A stretch of DNA of 63,897 bases, counting the filler, from Aduncisulcus paluster (Eukaryota): the NCBI GenBank assembly GCA_024181965.1. It is 13 parts of 13 records of this genome, joined end to end, with 100 filler letters (N's around TTAATTAATTAA, not from the genome) between each part and the next. Parts side by side here need not be neighbours in the genome. Positions count along the whole stretch, not along the records: positions 58,734 to 60,707 come from BQXS01000143.1; positions 60,808 to 62,673 come from BQXS01000148.1; positions 62,774 to 63,897 come from BQXS01000219.1; 10 more parts are not named here. One strand, given 5' to 3'. The translations under genes and the position numbers were made by a program. Positions 60,099-63,897 of this stretch are shown here, piece by piece. The notes below the pieces were generated by a model. The model did no database searches. It saw only the letters and a list, made by a program, of their open reading frames with translations, and was not told where the DNA came from. The stretch's first letter is position 1, and every line of letters starts with the position of its first letter.

Positions 60099-60707
60099 AT
60101 GATAAGCCCTGAAACTGACCTTTTTCGAGTGCCTTTATTGGCAAAATACGGAGAAGCAGCCTTCCGGTCATTTCTTGAAAAATTTCGTAGATACCGAGCT
60201 CTGAATGGAAAAGCTGCCCTATTTGTGTGTATTACAGCACCAATCCGGAAGATCTACGAGAGTATCGGGAAATGTCAACTTGTGAACCCAGCTATTCCAA
60301 ATCCTGCTGATGATGGACTTCCTGTCGCTACCGAGAAGGTTTTCTTGAAAAAAATATCGGATTTTTATGGAAAAAAATCCGCGTTGGACGTATTATATGA
60401 ATTACAACGTTTAAAACTCCGCAAGGCGGACGAACGTTCTGTCAGTTTTTTTGTACAGCGCCTACATCAACTACTTGATACTGTGGACCCGGAAGATCCC
60501 CTAAATGAGGACATTATTGTAAAAACGCTGCTCGATAATATCCTATTATCTCGCTTTCGTACGAGACTGGATGTGGCACTTCAGTGTGAGGATAAGTCAC
60601 TATCTGACTTTACGAGGGTAATTCTGGAACAATGTCAGATCGTCAGTGAAGCACAGGAGGATGCTGCTGGTTACGGTGAGGCAGAACCACCCAGACAATC
60701 GTTTGAG
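60099..60707 (+). mobile_element. Gag-like ORF, 3' truncated
   Basis: Follows the LTR; LQRLKL....VSFFVQRLHQL capsid-like pattern; FLEKFRRY..LNG....CI paralogous to FIRRFREY..RGG....CI at 62216-62464. Confidence 0.65.
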
Positions 60708-60807
60708 NNNNNNNNNNNNNNNNNNNNNNNNNNNNNNNNNNNNNNNNNNNNTTAATTAATTAANNNNNNNNNNNNNNNNNNNNNNNNNNNNNNNNNNNNN
60801 NNNNNNN

Positions 60808-61418
60808 CTTGTTAGTGGGCTTGCGAATGCCTCTGTGAGAAATTCATCTGATGCTAGAGCATGATGGGTCTTTAGGGGTGATGGATACCTCGGTAGAGTT
60901 CCACATACGGGTGGGGAAAGTTTCTTTTGCTCGTGAGGATCAGCGAAATCTAATGGGTCACTTACAGGGTTTGCTGCGGCAGGGGCCTGGGTTCGAGTCT
61001 CGGTGTCGCTGATAAATTTTTTCTCACCGAAAATAGGTTCATGGGGATGAGTGGAAATGGACATTTTTTCTTTCTCAGTTTTAAAAATAGGAAATTTTAC
61101 GAATTTACCAGGTGAAGCAGTATCACTGGACGTCTCCAGTGAATTTTTTGATTCAGTGTAAGTTCGAGCTTCTAATAACTCCACTTTGTTCGTTAGCCTA
61201 AGAATTGCTTTTGACATGATGTCCAATGCCGTTTGTTGTTGAGTAATGAGCTTGTTGAGCGTGGAAATTTCAGTAGTAGGAATTTCGACAGCCTCGGTGT
61301 GATCAGCACCGGAAATTATTTTCATGGAATGCGCAGGAGTAGTTTCTTCCTTGCCAGATCCCGGTCTGGCCTCCAGTTGTATTCTTTGAAATTGTTTCTC
61401 CAAATCTTTGCTTCTCAT
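60808..61418 (-). mobile_element. Gag-like ORF N-terminus (coiled coil + P-rich region), 3' truncated
   Basis: ATG 72 nt downstream of the LTR end at 61490; frame open to contig end. Confidence 0.5.
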
Positions 61419-61489
61419 TTAAAATATTATAATTCAGTATAAGCAAAGTTTTAGAAAAGTATTCAAATAAGAAATAACAATAATATTAT

Positions 61490-61572
61490 TGTTAACCCTG
61501 TTTAGGGTGGCTAGCAAATTTATTATCGAGAATTAGAGCCGGTACATGCCGGTAACTACCGGTTATACATCA
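61490..61572 (-). mobile_element. 5' mini-LTR (83 bp)
   Basis: TGATGTA...AATAAATTTGCTAGCCACCC...GGTTAACA; close match to 19410-19504; abuts an integrase remnant. Confidence 0.75.
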
Positions 61573-61745
61573 ACACTGGCGTTCCGAGAAGTATGTGTTG
61601 ATACGGTCGGGCCAGTGGAAGAGGACATACACGGCTTCAAATACTTTCTCCTCTGCATTGATTCATTTACTAGATTCGTTGAAATCATTCCACTGCTATC
61701 AACACAAGCAGAGGAAGCCGCAATGGCGTTACTCGAATGTGGTGG
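61573..61745 (+). mobile_element. Gypsy integrase core fragment
   Basis: AFREVCVDTVGPV...YFLLCIDSFTRFVEIIPL, paralogous to 58735-59476. Confidence 0.85.
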
Positions 61746-61749
61746 GCAG

Positions 61750-62673
61750 ATATGAGTAAATTTCTTACTGAAGAATAAAGTATCTCCATCTTGAATCATG
61801 GCTACCATGCCTCCTACCCCAATGGTGCTCGTATATGTCCTTAACACCAGGTCAGAGTCGAGTTTGGATGATACAATATCATCTTTTTTTCCAGAATTTT
61901 CACAAGACGTTAACAACCTCCGCTTGTTAAGTTTCCCATCGAATATCCGTCACTTTCAAAAGCTTTGATATTGGCTCCAGCATTCTACTGAAGTCGGGGA
62001 CGACATTAGATACGTGGTCATGCCCAACATCCTTCAAAGATCTTTTTTTGCATCTTGGGGCCATCATGTCCTTGAGCATGTCAACTCTCTCGGCGCAATC
62101 CTTCTTCCATTTGAATTAATGAGAAAACCGAGGTATTCCACCTCATCACAACCGATCCTGCATTTTTTTCTGTTCAATGACAGTCTTAATTCAATCAATC
62201 GGCCCAAAACCTTCTTCAGGTTCTCCACGTCACATCGTCCTTTCTTGCGATCGCTCTAATGCTAAACGCTACGTTTTCGGAAATACATGCAGATAGTCCC
62301 AATCTTCCTCCTCTTCTCTTATACTCTCGAAACCTTCTAATGAACAACTGATATTCAGTTTTCTCGAATAGTTCCAGGACTGGATGGCTCTCTACTGGTA
62401 ATAGTTGGGTCAACACCTCAGAATCTCCTGATTGAGACTGAACAATCGGGTTTCCATCGCCCAAAATGATCTGACTTCAAATATCCTAACGATAATTTTG
62501 ATACTTCCTTTTCCTCCTTAGACTCTTCATCGTTGCTCTTTTCTTCCTCTTCTTCCTCTTCATCCACGTCAAAAGACCTCGCAGGCTTATTTCCGGCACT
62601 TTCCAATCTCATTTCTAAATCCGCAAATCTTCTCTCGTTTTCCTCTTCCATCCTGCTTAATTTCGTCATAATT
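61750..62673 (-). mobile_element. Internally deleted gypsy element: gag, RT C-terminus and RNase H fragments
   Basis: Gag FIRRFREYKRRGG; RT LSLNRKKCRIGCDEVEYLGF; RNase H-like LVLRTYTSTIGVGG...FFSKKF; stops and frameshifts. Confidence 0.8.
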
Positions 62674-62773
62674 NNNNNNNNNNNNNNNNNNNNNNNNNNN
62701 NNNNNNNNNNNNNNNNNTTAATTAATTAANNNNNNNNNNNNNNNNNNNNNNNNNNNNNNNNNNNNNNNNNNNN

Positions 62774-63282
62774 GATGAGAATAAGGGCAGACGAAGCCGA
62801 AACTTCATCAAACCCAGATTGCCCTTTGAATTAATCGCCGAGCAAAAAAACTCCCACTGAGGTACGACCCGAGGTCGTCACGTGCGTTTGCGTTACCGCC
62901 TGTTAAAGACGATTCTCACTACAGGACTATAAACCTGTTTCCCTTTCGATACGTGTATCAAAAAAAGATGTAAAATTATTTTATCCTTCATTACGACACA
63001 CACCTGCAAAGAGCGTTTGCTTGTCTCTTAGGACCGAGTAACCCGCTACCAAACACAGTTGTCGCGGAACCCTTCTCCACATCGGCCTTCGAGGTTCTCA
63101 CTCGAATATCTGCTACTACTACCAAGATCTGCACTGGAGGAATCGGTCCACGCGCCCTTACGGGCTACGCTTCAATCCAACCCCCACGCCCTCCTACTCA
63201 TTACTCCGCTACAGAGTAATGGTCGAGTATAGGTCATTGTAAGTACCACGCTTCAGCGCCATCCATTTTCTGGGCAAGTTAA

Positions 63283-63316
<34 letters not shown>

Positions 63317-63897
63317 ATCCCGACTTCCATGGTAACCGTCCTGCTGTCTTAATCAACCTACCCCATTTATGTAATCTGTGAGCGTGGAGTTAGGCACCTT
63401 AACTCGAACGTTCGGTTCATCCCGCATTGCCCATCCTGCTTACCAAGAGGGGCCCACTAACCGTCTTCCGCGATTCAATCCCATTCAAAGGTTCAATTAT
63501 GCAACCCAGGGTTCATGCCAGTTCAGAGTTTGAGAGTAAGACAAGGAAGATGCTTCCCCGTTACTTCCAATCATTATCTTTACCCGACATAACTCGTTTC
63601 GACGGCAGCTTTGCTTAGGCAAATTTCGGAGGGAACCAGCTACGAGGCTGTTCGATGGGTATTTCGCCCCTTTGCCCATCTCATGTGACTGGTTCGCAGG
63701 CCAAGAACACTCACGACTTCCACCAGGGTTTCCCCTGGCTTCATCGCGGACAGGCAAAGATCACAGCCTTTCGGGTCCGTACGCTACTGCTCCACCTCAT
63801 CAATCAAACCCTTAGGTATAAGATTGCGGGCACTGTTGCAGTCCATATTTGACGAGGCACGGAGGCCTGGACATCACAGCTTGGAGAAATTTTGTTT
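62774..63897 (-). rRNA. Eukaryotic large-subunit (28S) rRNA gene, internal fragment
   Basis: Reverse complements of conserved LSU blocks: CGCCATCCATTTTC, TTCGGCAGGTGAGTTGTTACACACTCCTTAGCGGA, TTCGGAGGGAACCAGCTAC, TGCTACTACTACCAAGATCTGCA. Confidence 0.97.

Overview
This window is not one locus. It is 13 unrelated assembly pieces joined by 100-nt spacers (N44-TTAATTAATTAA-N44). Six N20 scaffold gaps inside the pieces are each flanked by a duplicated 0.2-0.3 kb overlap, which splits several ORFs artificially. The DNA is from a compact, intron-poor, AT-rich eukaryotic protist. Gene style (cyanobacterial-type GPI, SF-assemblin-like protein, LRR/EGF surface family) suggests a metamonad/fornicate such as Aduncisulcus; this is inference only. 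Host genes: ASCC3/Slh1-type helicase (partial), alpha-tubulin (3' part), MFS and MATE transporters, an intron-containing Chibby-like gene missed by the ORF track, an SF-assemblin-like coiled coil, class-B DnaJ, Rab28, GPI, MSH2, a ~4000-aa degenerate dynein-heavy-chain-like ORF, an LRR/EGF surface protein, a multipass membrane protein and part of the LSU rDNA. The mobile fraction is the most interesting. (i) Chromodomain-bearing Ty3/gypsy elements have very short LTRs (mostly 73-95 bp) sharing an A(A/G)TAAA(T/C)TTGCT motif. Both putative 5' LTRs are followed by a perfect palindrome instead of a tRNA primer-binding site. (ii) A ~7-kb mosaic of CACTA/Plavaka-like transposase fragments lies all on one strand and contains a two-variant 20-bp hairpin array. 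(iii) There are several smaller structured repeats.
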